Made by a program: the position numbers and the translations under genes. DNA of 64,000 nt from Nemertoderma westbladi. Its lineage: Eukaryota; Animalia; Xenacoelomorpha. Each line of letters begins with the position of its first letter. Position 1 is the first letter of the stretch. Under the pieces are notes generated by a model. It had not been told where the DNA came from. It saw nothing but the letters and a program-made list of their open reading frames with translations, and made no database searches. Of this stretch, positions 61,701 through 64,000 are shown piece by piece. The stretch lies in NCBI GenBank assembly GCA_032718475.1, contig JAUCBJ010008122.1:1-64000 (forward strand), read 5' to 3'.

Positions 61701-64000
61701 GCGGTTTTAAATCAGCGTTTTGGACTTACACGGTTTTAAATCAGCGTTTTGGACTTACACGGTTTTAAATCAGGGTTTTGGACAATATCAGCATTTTGGA
61801 CTTACACGGTTTTAAATCAGCGATTTGGACTTACACGGTTTTAAATCAGCGATATGGACTTACACGGTTTTAAATATCAGCGTTTTGGACTTACGCGGTT
61901 TTAAATCAGCGTTTTGGACTTACGCGGTTTTAAATCAGCGTTTTGGACTTACACGGTTTTAAATCAGCGATTTGGACTTACACGGTTTTAAATCAGCGTT
62001 TTGGACTTACACGGTTTTAAATCAGCGTTTTGGACTTACACGGTTTTAAATCAGCGATTTGGACTTACACGGTTTTAAATATCAGCGTTTTGGACTTACA
62101 TGGTTTTAGATCAGCGTTTTGGACTTACACGGTTTTAAATCAGCGATTTGGACTTACACGGTTTTAAATATCAGCGTTTTGGACTTACGCGGTTTTAAAT
62201 CAGCGTTTTGGACTTACACGGTTTTAAATCAGCGTTTTGGACTTACACGGTTTTAAATCAGCGTTTTGGACTTACACGGTTTTAAATCAGCGTTTTGGAC
62301 TTACACGGTTTTAAATCAGCGTTTTGGACTTACGCGGTTTTAAATCAGCGTTTTGGACTTACATGGTTTTAAATCAGCGATTTGGACTTACACCGTTTTA
62401 AATATCAGCGTTTTGGACTTACGCGGTTTTAAATCAGCGTTTTGGACTTACACGGTTTTAAATATCAGCATTTTGGACTTACACGGCTTTAATTCAGCGT
62501 TTTGGACTTACACGGTTTTAAATATGCGATTTGGACTTACACGGTTTTAAATATCAGCGTTTTGGACTTACGTGGTTTTAAATCAGCGTTTTGGACTTAC
62601 ACGGTTTTAAATCAGCGATTTGGACTTACACGGTTTTAAATATCAGCGTTTTGGACTTACACGGTTTTAAATCAGGATTTTAGACTTACACGGTTTTAAA
62701 TCAGCGATTTGGACTTACATGGTTTTAAATATCAGCGTTTTGGACTTACACGGTTTTAAATCAGCGTTTTGGACTTACACGGTTTTAAATCAGCGTTTTG
62801 GACTTACACGGTTTTAAATCAGCGTTTTGGACTTACACGGTTTTAAATCAGCGATTTGGACTTACACGGTTTTAAATATCAGCGTTTTGGACTTACGCGG
62901 TTTTAAATCAGCGTTTTGGACTTACACGGTTTTAAATCAGCGTTTTGGACTTACACGGTTTTAAATCAGGGTTTTGGACTTACACGGTTTTAAATCAGTG
63001 TTTTGGAGTTACACGGTTTTAAATCAGCGATTTGGACTTACACGGTTTTAAATATCAGCATTTTGGACTTACGCGGTTTTAAATCAGCGTTTTGGACTTA
63101 CACGGTTTTAAATATCAGCATTTTGGACTTACACGGTTTTAAATCAGCGATTAGGACTTACACGGTTTTAAATCAGCGATATGGACTTACATGGTTTTAA
63201 ATATCAGCGTTTTGGACTTACGCGGTTTTAAATCAGCGTTTTGGACTTACACGGTTTTAAATCAGCGATTTGGACTTACACGGTTTTAAATATCAGCGTT
63301 TTGGACTTACGCGGTTTTAAATCAGCGTTTTGGACTTACACGGTTTTAAATCAGCGTTTTGGACTTACACGGTTTTAAATCAGGGTTTTGGACAATATCA
63401 GCATTTTGGACTTACACGGTTTTAAATCAGCGATTTGGACTTACACGGTTTTAAATCAGCGATATGGACTTACACGGTTTTAAATATCAGCGTTTTGGAC
63501 TTACGCGGTTTTAAATCAGCGTTTTGGACTTACACGGTTTTAAATCAGCGATTTGGACTTACACGGTTTTAAATATCAGCGTTTTGGACTTACGCGGTTT
63601 TAAATCAGCGTTTTGGACTTACACGGTTTTAAATCAGCGTTTTGGACTTACACGGTTTTAAATTAGGGTTTTGGACTTACACGGTTTTAAATCAGTGTTT
63701 TGGACTTACACGGTTTTAAATCAGCGATTTGGACTTACACGGTTTTAAATATCAGCGTTTTGGACTTACGCGGTTTTAAATCAGCGTTTTGGACTTACAC
63801 GGTTTTAAATCAGCGCTTTGGACTTACACGGTTTTAAATATCAGCGTTTTGGACTTACGCGGTTTTAAATCAGCGTTTTGGACTTACACAGTTTTAAATC
63901 AGCGTTTTGGACTTACACGGTTTTAAATCAGCGTTTTGGACTTACACGGTTTTAAATCAGCGTTTTGGACTTACATGGTTTTAAATCAGCGATTTGAACT
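52755..64000. repeat. 29-bp (31-bp variant) satellite array, >11 kb, running off the window, with higher-order repeats
   Basis: Unit GGACTTACACGGTTTTAAATCAGCGTTTT; rare variants recur at spacings of about 961, 2213 and 1610 bp. Confidence 0.98.

Noticed and set aside
52755-64000. 29-bp repeats resembling a CRISPR array, plus 65-aa ORFs
   Set aside because: Units are head-to-tail with no unique spacers, there are no cas genes and the context is eukaryotic; the ORFs are repeat translations.

Overview
Repeat-rich, AT-rich genomic DNA from an invertebrate animal; I cannot identify the species. The left 25 kb holds seven GT-AG coding exons of a minus-strand MICAL flavoprotein monooxygenase that continues off the left edge. 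Three intronless genes lie in its introns: GTF2F2/TFIIF-beta (firmly), and UFC1 and an SLCO/OATP transporter (if MICAL continues as expected). The introns also carry non-autonomous DNA transposons and minisatellites that sit against splice sites. One of these (65/62 bp, about 55 copies) is a tandem amplification of a 3' splice site plus the first 13 codons of the exon. From 29 to 45 kb is a nest of retroelements: a CR1/L2-like LINE split by a 5'-truncated RTE-like LINE (43-bp TSD) and by a young 13.5-kb BEL/Pao LTR element (GAGTG TSD, near-identical 1.2-kb LTRs). The LTR element keeps an open Gag-protease ORF but lacks RT, most of RNase H and integrase. It has no tRNA primer-binding site; instead the 11 nt right after the 5' LTR are the exact reverse complement of an 11-mer inside the LTR, the geometry of Tf1-type self-priming. 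The right end has nested MITEs, an intronless secreted tectonin-repeat lectin and more than 11 kb of 29-bp satellite with higher-order repeats. All coordinates were read by eye; no alignments or database searches were run.
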